Source: Roseobacter sp. (GTDB lineage Bacteria > Pseudomonadota > Alphaproteobacteria > Rhodobacterales > Rhodobacteraceae). From it: a stretch of 64,000 nt of DNA. The stretch lies in contig NZ_JAHEHZ010000001.1 in the NCBI RefSeq assembly GCF_024639605.1, positions 881 through 64,880 of the forward strand, in the 5' to 3' direction. The notes beneath the pieces are model-generated. The model made no database searches. It saw only the letters and a program-made list of their open reading frames with translations, and had not been told where the DNA came from. The position numbers and the translations under genes were made by a program. This document shows, one piece after another, positions 27,354-36,841 of the stretch; positions within the stretch are counted from its first letter, which is position 1; each line of letters begins with the position of its first letter.

Positions 27354-28145
27354 ATGAGCGACGCGCCCCGCAGCCATGGCCGCAAGACTATACGACCGAC
27401 GCTGAAACCGCGCTCTCTGATGGAGGGCGACGAGGAACTCGCCGGTGTCTGGCAGGCGCGGATCGTGACGCTTTTTCCCGATGCTTTTCCCGGCGTGCTC
27501 GGGCTCTCACTCACGGGCAAGGCTCTGAGCGAAGGCCGCTGGCAGCTGTACACCCACGATCTGCGCGATTTCGGCATCGGAAAACACCGCAATGTCGACG
27601 ACACACCAGCGGGTGGCGGGGCCGGTATGGTGCTGCGTGCCGATGTGGTGGGGCCGGCCATCGAGGCCGCACAGGCCCATGCCCGCGGCCGCTGGCCCGT
27701 GCTTTATATGTCGCCGCGCGGGCGCCCCTTTGACCAGGCAATGGCCCGCGATCTGGCACGCTCAGACGGGGTCACGATGCTTTGTGGCCGCTTTGAAGGC
27801 GTGGATGAGAGGGTGTTGGAGCACTACGGGATCACCGAGGTTTCGCTGGGTGATTTTGTTATGACCGGGGGTGAACTTGCCGCTCAGGCAATGCTGGATG
27901 CGACTGTGCGACTGCTGCCCGGCGTCCTCGGCAATGCCGAAAGTACTGTGGAGGAGAGCCACGCAGCCGGACTGCTGGAGCATCCTCAATACACCCGCCC
28001 GGCAAACTGGGAAGGCAGAGAGATACCGCCCGTTCTGATGTCCGGCAACCACGGCGAGATCGAAAAATGGCGGCGCGCACAAGCTGAAGAGCTGACCCGC
28101 ACCCGCCGTCCGGATCTGTGGACGCGGCGCGACCAGTCGTCGTAA
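27354..28145 (+). CDS. trmD: tRNA (guanine-N1)-methyltransferase
   Basis: VDDTPAGGGAGMVL, LCGRFEGVDER, SLGDFVMTGGE, LLEHPQYTRP. Confidence 0.98.
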   Translation: MSDAPRSHGRKTIRPTLKPRSLMEGDEELAGVWQARIVTLFPDAFPGVLGLSLTGKALSEGRWQLYTHDLRDFGIGKHRNVDDTPAGGGAGMVLRADVVGPAIEAAQAHARGRWPVLYMSPRGRPFDQAMARDLARSDGVTMLCGRFEGVDERVLEHYGITEVSLGDFVMTGGELAAQAMLDATVRLLPGVLGNAESTVEESHAAGLLEHPQYTRPANWEGREIPPVLMSGNHGEIEKWRRAQAEELTRTRRPDLWTRRDQSS

Positions 28146-28192
28146 CATGGCCTCTGCAGCGGCCCGTCGCACCACATCTGCAGGAGGCAGAA

Positions 28193-28798
28193 ATGTCCCG
28201 GATCATACCCGTTTTAATTTTTGCAGCACTGGCCGGCCCCGGCCTTGCGGCCCCGTCATTTGACTGTGCCAAAGCCTCGGGTACGGTCGAAGAGCTGATC
28301 TGTGCCGATACGGATCTGGCGGCACTCGACCGGGTTCTGGCAGGTCGCTACAGCGCCGCGCTGGATGTGACACGGGGTCTCGACGCTGGCGCGGAAGCCG
28401 CAGAGAATGGTCTCAGGGCTGAACAGCGCGGCTGGATCAAGGGCCGCGATGAGTGTTGGAAAGCCGACGATCCGCGCGCTTGTGTTGAGGCGGCCTATCT
28501 GATGCGTGAAGGGGATCTGGTGGCGCGCTGGATGCTGCAGGAGCCTGTTGCTACCACCGCCTGGGTCTGCGGGGCGCCGGCAAACGAGCTGGTGACGATG
28601 TTTTTTGACACGCCCCTGCCCTCTGTGCGGTTCGAGCTTGGCGACGCGGTCGACACCGGCACACTGGTGCCAGCCGGCTCCGGCAGCAGATACGCCGGCA
28701 GTTTCGGGCGGTATTTCTGGATAAAAGGCGACGAGGCCACCTGGCGCGAAGCGGATCCCGATGGCACGACATACATCTGCACTGCGGCCGGCAGCTGA
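28193..28798 (+). CDS. Exported LprI-like plus MliC-like lysozyme-inhibitor protein
   Basis: Signal peptide, PSFDC.K...EELIC and EQRGWIKGRDEC (LprI-like), PAGSGSRY and FWIKGDEA (MliC-like); AGGAGG RBS. Confidence 0.82.
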   Translation: MSRIIPVLIFAALAGPGLAAPSFDCAKASGTVEELICADTDLAALDRVLAGRYSAALDVTRGLDAGAEAAENGLRAEQRGWIKGRDECWKADDPRACVEAAYLMREGDLVARWMLQEPVATTAWVCGAPANELVTMFFDTPLPSVRFELGDAVDTGTLVPAGSGSRYAGSFGRYFWIKGDEATWREADPDGTTYICTAAGS

Positions 28799-28946
28799 TC
28801 ATCTGGACGGTATGCGCCGCACAGCGCATCTCCGGTCATCCCCGAAAGCAGCAGTTAAATCCGTGGTGTTTCCGGACCTCTGAGCTGCGCGCCCGGGCCG
28901 ATGCCTGCACTGGCCCGGAACCACCCGCAAGGAGCAGGGCGGATCT

Positions 28947-29498
28947 CTATCCGGGCCCCTCGTCGCGGTCATGCCGCACCTGTACCGCATCGATCTCCCG
29001 CGGGCGCAGGATGTAGGATTTCGGTCGGTTGCGGGTGCTGATGTCACAGGCGGGTGGCTCGCCGAACTGCTGCAACGTTCCGTCCTGACCGGAAAATGCC
29101 CAGCGCCCCGCAACAAGCTGATAGGTGCGCGTTTCGTTCCCTTCGTCGTCCTGAAAAAACTGCTTGCGCCAGGAGCCTTTGATCTGCACCGGCAGGCGCA
29201 TAAACTCCACCGGCGGCACAGGGCGTCTGGACGCCACCGCCGCCTGACGCACACGGCTGTCGACCCAGCGCAGATGCGCCTCGAGCGGTCCCGTTTCGCG
29301 TGCGCGGCGACCGGCGAACACCACGGCAATCTCGGTCTCTTTCTCGAAAAAGCCGCGTACGATAAGATTGGTGGCGGACAAACGGTTAAGCTGTGGGATC
29401 ATCTCTACGGCAACGGGTCCTCCGTAGGTCCGGAAAAGTCCACGGTCCTCAAGTTCCGGCGAGATATCTTCAGCAGCAATTTTGCCCTTGCGCGGCAT
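28947..29498 (-). CDS. Hypothetical protein (183 aa), possible SSB-like OB fold
   Basis: ORF from MPRKGK; segments resemble the SSB core (see findings). Confidence 0.7.
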   Translation of the reverse strand: MPRKGKIAAEDISPELEDRGLFRTYGGPVAVEMIPQLNRLSATNLIVRGFFEKETEIAVVFAGRRARETGPLEAHLRWVDSRVRQAAVASRRPVPPVEFMRLPVQIKGSWRKQFFQDDEGNETRTYQLVAGRWAFSGQDGTLQQFGEPPACDISTRNRPKSYILRPREIDAVQVRHDRDEGPG

Positions 29499-29640
29499 AG
29501 ACCCTACCTGTTTCACAGCCCCTGGCCCCTGCCCTGCGCAGGCCGCAGGGAAAAGCCTTTCCGGCATATACCCTGGGTCTTAAGGAAACCTTTAACGCGG
29601 GAGGCCTCCCGGGGGCCGTATACGCGGCCTGCAAACCTCT

Positions 29641-29669
29641 TGATCCGGGCCGCATTCCCGCCTATACCG
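29641..29669 (+). promoter_or_regulatory. Sigma70-type promoter of rplS-rpmE
   Basis: TTGATC-N17-TATACC, about 170 nt upstream of rplS. Confidence 0.6.
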
Positions 29670-29842
29670 CGCAAATCCGGAATCGCCCGAGGCCTTCCGG
29701 TACGTTTTGCTGTGGCAAAACATGAACCAAGGAATGATGTTTGTATCCTCCCGGCGGACGCCCAAGGCGCATCCGATAACCCCGGAGCTCTGAAACGCGC
29801 AAAACTTCGCGGAACAACCGCGAGCAGATAGGAGACGATCAG

Positions 29843-30226
29843 ATGGATCTGATTGCAGAAATTGAAGCGGAACAAATCGCCGCTCTGGGGAAAGAGATCC
29901 CCGATTTCCGCGCCGGCGACACCGTCCGCGTAGGTTTCAAAGTGACTGAAGGTACACGCACCCGTGTGCAGAACTATGAAGGTGTGTGCATCGCGCGCAA
30001 CAACGGCAAAGGCATCGCCGGCTCCTTCACCGTTCGCAAGATTTCCTTTGGTGAAGGCGTGGAGCGTGTGTTCCCCCTGCATTCCACCAATATCGACAAT
30101 ATCACCGTTGTCCGCCGTGGCCGCGTGCGTCGCGCCAAGCTTTACTACCTGCGCTCGCGCCGTGGTAAATCCGCACGGATCACCGAAAACTCCAACTACA
30201 AGCCCCGCTCGGGCGCTGAAGCGTAA
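29843..30226 (+). CDS. rplS: 50S ribosomal protein L19
   Basis: [40 protein letters not shown]. Confidence 0.99.
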   Translation: MDLIAEIEAEQIAALGKEIPDFRAGDTVRVGFKVTEGTRTRVQNYEGVCIARNNGKGIAGSFTVRKISFGEGVERVFPLHSTNIDNITVVRRGRVRRAKLYYLRSRRGKSARITENSNYKPRSGAEA

Positions 30227-30237
30227 AGGCCGGACCG

Positions 30238-30459
30238 ATGAAAGCAGATACACATCCCGACTATCACATCATCGACGTCAAAATGACCGATGGCACCGTC
30301 GTGCAGATGAAATCCACATGGGGCGCCGAGGGCGACCAACTGTCGCTCGACATCGACCCTTCTGTACACCCTGCCTGGACCGGTGGTTCGTCGCGTCTGA
30401 TGGATACCGGCGGCCGCGTGTCCAAGTTCAAGAACAAATACGCAGGTCTTGGCTTCTGA
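30238..30459 (+). CDS. rpmE: 50S ribosomal protein L31 (Zn-motif-less type)
   Basis: MKADTHPDY...[13 protein letters not shown]...GGRVSKF; no Cys. Confidence 0.98.
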   Translation: MKADTHPDYHIIDVKMTDGTVVQMKSTWGAEGDQLSLDIDPSVHPAWTGGSSRLMDTGGRVSKFKNKYAGLGF

Positions 30460-30486
30460 GCCACGCCATCTGCGGATGATTACAGG

Positions 30487-30521
30487 GGCCTCTCAGGAAA
30501 CTGAGGGGCCTCTTTCATTTT
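30487..30521 (+). terminator. Rho-independent terminator after rpmE
   Basis: GGCCTCTCAG-GAAA-CTGAGGGGCC then TCTTTCATTTT. Confidence 0.8.
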
Positions 30522-30551
30522 CTTCTGGTGCTGTGCAGCGAACCGGCCAGC

Positions 30552-32039
30552 TCAGATTTTCGAGAACACCCAGGCATGCTTTTCACGCCATTTCGGATCA
30601 TCCAGCATTTTGTCAGAGATCCCGAGATCGGGATTCAGCTGGTTACCGGTATCGGTGCCGAACATCTTTTTCGGAATATCCTTTCCGGCAATGACTGCTT
30701 TGTGCCAGCGCGGGCCACGTGTCCCGCTCCCCATATCGCAGAACTGGTGGCCAATGAAGATCTCCGAGTAATACTGCCCGCCGCAGCTTTTGCCGGAAGC
30801 CGACCCCAGTTTGAAGGTCTTTTTATCAAACTTGCGTTTGCGCGCCGTCTTGGTTTTCACTGAGTTCGAAACGATGCCCCAGCGCTCAATAGAATAGCCG
30901 GTGTGCTTTGACTCCAGCTTACTCTTGATCGCGATAAGGACCCGGAACGCTTCATAATGAAAGCCCAGAGCATGGGCCCTGCGGATGTCATCCAGCTTTT
31001 TCGGCCACTGAATATCACCGGATTCGCGCAGTAAAGAGAACGCCTCGAGGTTGCCCCAGTCCCTGCAGATCGCATCATGCACATCTTCGAGCCGCAACAC
31101 CGCATCGATAAAGGCCTCGTCAACTTTGAGCCCCAGATCTTTAATCGCCGCGCTGATCTTGCCCGACGGATCACCCATATTCGATTTTGTGTGGCTCCAC
31201 AGATGGCCCATCATCGTGCCCAGCATCACGCCTGTCGGGCCTGCTTTGCCGGCTGCCGTCTTCATCAGCGTCATGGCAAGATCCATGAAGAACACCGCTT
31301 TGGTATCGACCTTCTGAACGAGACCGTAATTTTTGTTAACCGTGTTCAGAAAGTGGTGATCAAACACAAGGTCGTCGCGGTACATGTTCCGCAGGTGCCC
31401 ACCGTCGCCGAACCAGTCTCTGGCGTAGGCGAAACAGGTCACTTCCCTTTCGAGATGTTTCAGAACGTTTTCCCAGGCTGCCTTCTTTTTCGCCGGGCGG
31501 CGGGGCGGCCTGATGTCGCTGATCATCTTCGGTGTCAGCCGGTCGCCCTGATCGTCCATCGGCGCAATACCGAGCTGCTTCACGATGGCGTCATAGGCGT
31601 CCTTTTCCAGACCTTCATACGCCAGTTCCGGGAAGGCCTGGCCGCTGGGCTTGCAGGTCATAACCCGTTTCAGCACATCCGCTACGGGCGAAGCGAGCGC
31701 CTTCAGTGGCGCACCGTCATTCATCCAGGCCAGATCGTCAGGCACCTCCGGAACCGCTTCCTCCTCCGGATCAGCAGTGCTGACAGGACCCGGTGTGATA
31801 TTCCCGTCGGTCAGCTCAAACGCCGGATCGCCGATATCCCGCACTGCGGCACGGATCGCGGCATGTTCTGTCTCATCTGCATCGCTGATACACACAATAA
31901 GGCGCGGAATGCGCGTGCCCGATGGTGTGACATCAAGGATTTCCGTCCGCTCCGCCAGCCCTGCAGGTACCTGCTTTTGCAGCGCGTGCAGATACTCCAC
32001 AGCGTCACCTTCACTCGTTTGTGCAATTGCCAGTTCCAA
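30552..32039 (-). CDS. Orphan hypothetical protein (495 aa)
   Basis: Long ORF, TTG start with GGGAG RBS; Lys-rich C-terminus; no family recognised. Confidence 0.8.
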   Translation of the reverse strand: MELAIAQTSEGDAVEYLHALQKQVPAGLAERTEILDVTPSGTRIPRLIVCISDADETEHAAIRAAVRDIGDPAFELTDGNITPGPVSTADPEEEAVPEVPDDLAWMNDGAPLKALASPVADVLKRVMTCKPSGQAFPELAYEGLEKDAYDAIVKQLGIAPMDDQGDRLTPKMISDIRPPRRPAKKKAAWENVLKHLEREVTCFAYARDWFGDGGHLRNMYRDDLVFDHHFLNTVNKNYGLVQKVDTKAVFFMDLAMTLMKTAAGKAGPTGVMLGTMMGHLWSHTKSNMGDPSGKISAAIKDLGLKVDEAFIDAVLRLEDVHDAICRDWGNLEAFSLLRESGDIQWPKKLDDIRRAHALGFHYEAFRVLIAIKSKLESKHTGYSIERWGIVSNSVKTKTARKRKFDKKTFKLGSASGKSCGGQYYSEIFIGHQFCDMGSGTRGPRWHKAVIAGKDIPKKMFGTDTGNQLNPDLGISDKMLDDPKWREKHAWVFSKI

Positions 32040-32167
32040 ATGATCACTCCCTGAAATGCTTCCTCCGCCGGGTAAAAACGCTAACGCAGGGTAAACAGCC
32101 TGACAATCCGTACAACCCTGGGAATATCAGGTTTTCAGTCCGGTGCTTATTCGGGATGCAGTCCCGG

Positions 32168-33037
32168 TTACACCTGCGCCTGTTTCATCCATGCCGCGAT
32201 CTGGCGCCCGATCTCAGGGCCTGAGTCTTCCTGGATAAAATGGCTGCCGGCGACCTGCACTTCGGTCTGGTTGCGCCATCTGCGGCAGAATTCCCGCGGC
32301 GCCCCTGTCAGTATGGCACCGGGCTCTGCATTCACGAACAGCTTTGGCAGCTCATTGCCGGCCATCCATTCCGCGTAAGCGGTGACCCGCGCCGTTACAT
32401 CCGCGGGCTCTCCGGCAACCGGAATCTGGCGCGGCCAGGTCAGCGTGGGCCAGCGGTCGTCGCGTGCGGCAAAGGGGCGGCGCCAGGTCGCCATCTCCTG
32501 CTTTGTCAGATCGCGCAGCACCGAGCCCGGCAGCACGCGCTCGATAAAGGTATTCCTGCCCAGGATCAGATCTTCACCCGCATCCGAGCGGAAGGCCTGA
32601 AAAAGCGGCGTGGCCGCGGGTGAGAACTCTTCCCAGCCGGCAAGCGGCCGCACAATCGCCTCCATATAGACGATGCCCGCCACCGCACCGGGGTTTTTGC
32701 AGGCCCAGTCGAACCCAAGCGCCGAGCCCCAGTCGTGGAGCACGAGGACGACATCCTTTGTCAGCCCCATGGACGCCATGAACCCCGCCAGATACCGGCT
32801 GTGCACATCAAAGGTATAGGTATCCGGCCCCGGATCAGGCAGCTTGTCACTGTTGCCCATCCCAATGAGATCGGGCGCGATAAGCCGCCCCTGTCCGGCA
32901 AGCTCCGGCATCACATCGCGCCAGAGATACGACGAGGTCGGGTTGCCGTGCAGGAACACGATCGGCCTGCCGCTGCCTGCCCCTGCATAAGCCATCTCTG
33001 CGCCGTGCACGGTAATGCGTTTATCCGCGATGCTCAC
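32168..33037 (-). CDS. Haloalkane dehalogenase (HLD-II, LinB/DhaA-like)
   Basis: FLHGNPTSSYLWR, LHDWGSALGF, YMEA, GSHFIQED catalytic pentad motifs. Confidence 0.92.
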   Translation of the reverse strand: MSIADKRITVHGAEMAYAGAGSGRPIVFLHGNPTSSYLWRDVMPELAGQGRLIAPDLIGMGNSDKLPDPGPDTYTFDVHSRYLAGFMASMGLTKDVVLVLHDWGSALGFDWACKNPGAVAGIVYMEAIVRPLAGWEEFSPAATPLFQAFRSDAGEDLILGRNTFIERVLPGSVLRDLTKQEMATWRRPFAARDDRWPTLTWPRQIPVAGEPADVTARVTAYAEWMAGNELPKLFVNAEPGAILTGAPREFCRRWRNQTEVQVAGSHFIQEDSGPEIGRQIAAWMKQAQV

Positions 33038-33055
33038 AGTGCTGCCCCCCGGTTA

Positions 33056-34084
33056 TCAGAGCCGGACCACGACCTTGCCAAAGCTGCGCCCTTCAAGCAC
33101 GTCATTGAGCGCTGCAGGCGCATTTTCCAGGCCCCCGACCACCTGTTCACGGTATTCGATCAGCCCCTGATCCAGCCAGTCTTTCATATCTTTGCGGAAG
33201 TCTTTGTAGGTCGACGCCGGAAAGCTGTCGAAGATGATGAAACCCTGTAGCTTCACCTTCATCTTCAGCACCGTGCTCATGATCATCGGCCCGTAGTCCG
33301 GCCCCTCTGGCAGGCCATCAAGATTGTACCACCCGGCCACACCACAGACGGGCACGCGCGCAAAGGCATTGAGAAGTGGCAGAACGCCGTAGAGCACTTT
33401 ACCGCCCACATTCTCAAAATAAACATCAATGCCATCCGGGCAGGCGGCGGCCAGCTGCTCTTTGAAATCGTCCGCGCGGTGATCAATGCAGGCGTCAAAG
33501 CCGAGGGTATCCACGACATGCGCGCATTTCTCCGGCCCGCCTGCCACGCCCACGACGCGACAGCCTTTGATCTTTGCGATCTGGCCCACCGTGGCGCCCA
33601 CCGGGCCCGAGGCCGCGGCGACCACAACCGTCTCGCCCTCTTTCGGCTCACCGATCAGCAACAGCCCCGCCCATGCGGTGTAGCCGGGCATACCGAGGAG
33701 CCCGAGCGACCATGAAGGGTTCTCCGGATCAGGTCCGAGGTTCATTACACCCTTCCCGTCCGAGAGCGCATAATCCTGCCAGCCGCTGCCGTTGAGGACC
33801 ATATCCCCGGGCGCAAAGCCGTCGATGTCCGAGGTGATCACCTCACCCACGACCTGCCCGGTCATCACCTCTCCGATCTTTACCGGTTCGGCATAGGATT
33901 TCGCATCGTTCATCCGCCCGCGCATGTAGGGATCGAGCGAGAGATACACCGTGCGCACCAGCATCTGTCCTGGTCCGGCCGCCGGCACGGCGCTGGTTTC
34001 GAGGCGCAGCGTGTTGTCATCGGGCATCCCGCGCGGGCGTTCGGCGAGGACAATACGACGGTTCGTTTCTGATGTCTGAGGCAT
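33056..34084 (-). CDS. NADP-dependent oxidoreductase (CurA/YncB, PTGR-like MDR)
   Basis: YLSLDPYMRGRM, LGMPGYTAWAGL, VAAASGPVGATVGQIAK, DVYFENVGG; AAGGAG RBS. Confidence 0.93.
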   Translation of the reverse strand: MPQTSETNRRIVLAERPRGMPDDNTLRLETSAVPAAGPGQMLVRTVYLSLDPYMRGRMNDAKSYAEPVKIGEVMTGQVVGEVITSDIDGFAPGDMVLNGSGWQDYALSDGKGVMNLGPDPENPSWSLGLLGMPGYTAWAGLLLIGEPKEGETVVVAAASGPVGATVGQIAKIKGCRVVGVAGGPEKCAHVVDTLGFDACIDHRADDFKEQLAAACPDGIDVYFENVGGKVLYGVLPLLNAFARVPVCGVAGWYNLDGLPEGPDYGPMIMSTVLKMKVKLQGFIIFDSFPASTYKDFRKDMKDWLDQGLIEYREQVVGGLENAPAALNDVLEGRSFGKVVVRL

Positions 34085-34296
34085 GGCGGTCTCCTTAAAG
34101 TGCATTCCGACCGTGCCTGTCCCACCCGCCGCGTGCAATGGCTTTCGGGCGCGCGTGCCCCTCTGCCACACTCTGCTCAAATTCGTACAAATCAGAGACT
34201 GATACCGGCCATCGTGGCTTCCCAAAAGGCTGCACCCCACATATAGTGCGGCCGATATAAAGCCGCGCAAAGCGGCAGGGGCAAAGGATCGGGCAC

Positions 34297-35106
34297 ATGG
34301 CGCACATTATCGTCGTCGGAAACGAAAAAGGCGGCGCGGGCAAATCGACCGTGTCAATGCATGTTGCGACCGCACTGGCACGCCTGGGTCATAAGGTCAG
34401 CGCGCTCGATCTTGATCTGCGGCAGCGCACCCTTGGGCGTTATGTCGAAAACCGGCAGGCGTTTCTGGCCAGCACCGGGCTGAACCTGCCTGGGCCACGG
34501 GTGCATGATCTGCCCGAAATCGCCGCCGAAACGCTGAAACCGGGCGAGAACATTTATGACCACCGGTTGTCGGCCGCTGTGGCAGAACTTGAACCGGACA
34601 ATGATTTTATACTCATCGACTGCCCCGGATCGCACACCCGGCTGAGCCAGGTGGCGCACAGCCTCGCGGATACGCTGATCACCCCGCTGAATGACAGCTT
34701 TGTTGATTTCGATCTGCTGGCGCGCACCGATCCCACCGGTGAGGAAATTCTCGGACCTTCCGTTTATTCAGAGATGGTCTGGAACGCGCGACAACTGCGC
34801 GCACAGGCGGGGCTCACACCCATCGACTGGATCGTGGTGCGCAACCGCATGGGCGCACAGCGTATGGTCAACAAGGAAAAGATGGAGCGCGCGATCAGCA
34901 ATCTCAGCCGTCGCATCGGATTCCGCATCGCACCGGGCTTTTCCGAGCGTGTCGTTTTCCGGGAGCTTTTCCCGCGCGGGCTGACGCTGCTCGACCTGAA
35001 AGATATCGGTGTCAAACAGCTCAATATCTCCAATGTCGCAGCCCGTCAGGAGCTGCGTGATCTGGTGAAATCCCTGAACCTGCCCGGCGTCACTGTCGAT
35101 TTCTGA
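34297..35106 (+). CDS. mipZ: Division-plane positioning ATPase MipZ
   Basis: GNEKGGAGKST, DLDLRQRT, DCPGSHT, TPLNDSFVDFDLL, RVVFRELFPRGLTLLD. Confidence 0.92.
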   Translation: MAHIIVVGNEKGGAGKSTVSMHVATALARLGHKVSALDLDLRQRTLGRYVENRQAFLASTGLNLPGPRVHDLPEIAAETLKPGENIYDHRLSAAVAELEPDNDFILIDCPGSHTRLSQVAHSLADTLITPLNDSFVDFDLLARTDPTGEEILGPSVYSEMVWNARQLRAQAGLTPIDWIVVRNRMGAQRMVNKEKMERAISNLSRRIGFRIAPGFSERVVFRELFPRGLTLLDLKDIGVKQLNISNVAARQELRDLVKSLNLPGVTVDF

Positions 35107-35962
35107 CCCGGCGGCGCCTGAGCGCCCAGAGGTTTGACACAAACAATGCGCCAACCACGATGCTGCCACCGGCCAGCGCCCAGGAGCCGGGGTTTTCGCC
35201 AACCACGGCCCAGACCAGCAGCGGCGCCAGCACGCTCTCCAGCAGCACCAGCAGGCCCACCTCGGCCGATGTGATGTAACGCGGCCCCAGCGCCAGCAAC
35301 GCCGAGCTACCCAGAATGAACCCGCCGTGCATCAGCACCAGGGGCGCCTGCTCAGGTGCCACTGAAAGCGGCGCGGCGAATGGCAGGATCACAAGGGCGG
35401 CCGCCAGATAACTCATTGCAGCCCCTGGCACCATCGAAACCCGTCGCACATGACGCGCCGCCGTGAGTGCAGCGGCAAAAAGCGCCGACACCGCGAGTGC
35501 CAGTGCATCTCCTGACCAGTGTGCGCCTTCGGTTTCGCCGGAGCCGCGCGCAATGATCGCAAGGCCCGTAGTCACCGCAAGCATCGTCAGGACCATGCGC
35601 GTGCTGACCGGCTCGCCCAGGAAGATCCGGCTGAAGAGGGCTGCGAAAACCGGCAGGGAGGCGATGATGAAGACCACATTGGCCACTGAGGTCAGGCTCA
35701 CGGCAAGCACAAAGAGCACGCCGCTGCTGCCCACGCCCAGCATATAGATCGCGCCGTATCGTCCGGCACTGAGCACAGCGCGAAAGGGTTTTGTCCCCTG
35801 CATCAGCAGGATCCCGCCACTGAGCATGCCGCCTGCGAGTGCCATCCGCCAGAAGGCGATCGTCAAAGGCTCCGCCGCGATCAGACGCACAAAAAGCGCG
35901 TCCGGCACGACCAGAAGCACGCCGAGGGTGGTGATGCAGAGACCTTTGAGGTGATCATTCAT
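35090..35962 (-). CDS. DMT/EamA-family transporter
   Basis: About 10 TM helices; start at MNDHL. Confidence 0.88.
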   Translation of the reverse strand: MNDHLKGLCITTLGVLLVVPDALFVRLIAAEPLTIAFWRMALAGGMLSGGILLMQGTKPFRAVLSAGRYGAIYMLGVGSSGVLFVLAVSLTSVANVVFIIASLPVFAALFSRIFLGEPVSTRMVLTMLAVTTGLAIIARGSGETEGAHWSGDALALAVSALFAAALTAARHVRRVSMVPGAAMSYLAAALVILPFAAPLSVAPEQAPLVLMHGGFILGSSALLALGPRYITSAEVGLLVLLESVLAPLLVWAVVGENPGSWALAGGSIVVGALFVSNLWALRRRRVRNRQ

Positions 35963-36094
35963 GGGTACGGGTCGTGACGACTTTGCGCGCACAAGTAAAG
36001 ACGCCGCCGCCCCTGAGCGGCAACGGGCTTGATCCCGCACAGGGTCACGCCATACTCTTTCTCACAGCAGAGCATCAGGGAGGTTGCAGCGCTT

Positions 36095-36310
36095 ATGAGC
36101 AAATACGGCCCGTCCCGAAGGGATCTGAGGTATCGCGCGGGCTTTGCCGTCACAGGGCTGAGCTTGACCGCAGGTGCGCTGGCCTATCGCGGCTGGCCCA
36201 CAGGCCCGGGCGGCTGGGAGGCCATAGGCATAGCGCTTGTGTTTTTCGGCGGGACACTGATCTGGGCGCTGCGCAAACTCATCCGGCAGGACTATCCCGA
36301 CGAAACCTGA
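36095..36310 (+). CDS. Small 2-TM hypothetical protein (71 aa)
   Basis: GGGAGG RBS; two hydrophobic helices. Confidence 0.65.
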   Translation: MSKYGPSRRDLRYRAGFAVTGLSLTAGALAYRGWPTGPGGWEAIGIALVFFGGTLIWALRKLIRQDYPDET

Positions 36311-36320
36311 CGCGCGCGGG

Positions 36321-36710
36321 TCAGGGGGCGGCAGCCCAGACTTCGACCTCGACCACAAACTCCGGGCGGGTAAAGCCCGAGACAATGAGCAGTGTCGATG
36401 TGGGCAACACGCTGACATCCTCCAGATACGCATCCCGCGCGACCATATACCCCGCCATATGCGCGCGGTCGGTGACATATGCCGTCACGTGGCAGACATC
36501 GCCCGCCCCCATATCCGCTTCCGCGAGAATTTGCGCGATATTTTCGAAACACATCCGCGCCTGGGCCTCTGACCCCTCGGGCACTGAGCCGTCGGCAGCG
36601 ATGGCAAGCTGACCTGCGGTGCGCACCCGGCGCAGGCCGGCGGGAAGCTCGACCCCGTGCGAATACCGGGCGACGGGGGCGGAAATACCGGGCGGGGCGA
36701 GCGCTTTCAT
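36321..36710 (-). CDS. RidA (YjgF/YER057c/UK114) family protein
   Basis: ARYSHGVE, TAGQL, PTSTLLIVSGFTRPEFVVEVEVWAA; AGGAG RBS. Confidence 0.9.
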   Translation of the reverse strand: MKALAPPGISAPVARYSHGVELPAGLRRVRTAGQLAIAADGSVPEGSEAQARMCFENIAQILAEADMGAGDVCHVTAYVTDRAHMAGYMVARDAYLEDVSVLPTSTLLIVSGFTRPEFVVEVEVWAAAP

Positions 36711-36841
36711 GGCGTGTCTCCTGTTCTCATGTCAGATCATTCTTGCGCAGGGCCACGAAATTTGAAACGGTAAGCTTACATCTCTGGCACAGATTAATTT
36801 CTCAAGGGCCGCAGTGAAGATTTCCTTTGAAGGAGGGAGAT

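Noticed and set aside
30238-30459. Zn-less L31 as a zinc-starvation paralogue
   Set aside because: Cys-free L31 is the normal form in alphaproteobacteria and lies in the core rplS operon
36781-36800. Sigma54 promoter (TGGCAC...) before the deaminase
   Set aside because: The -12 GC element is missing (TGGCAC-AGATT-AATTT)
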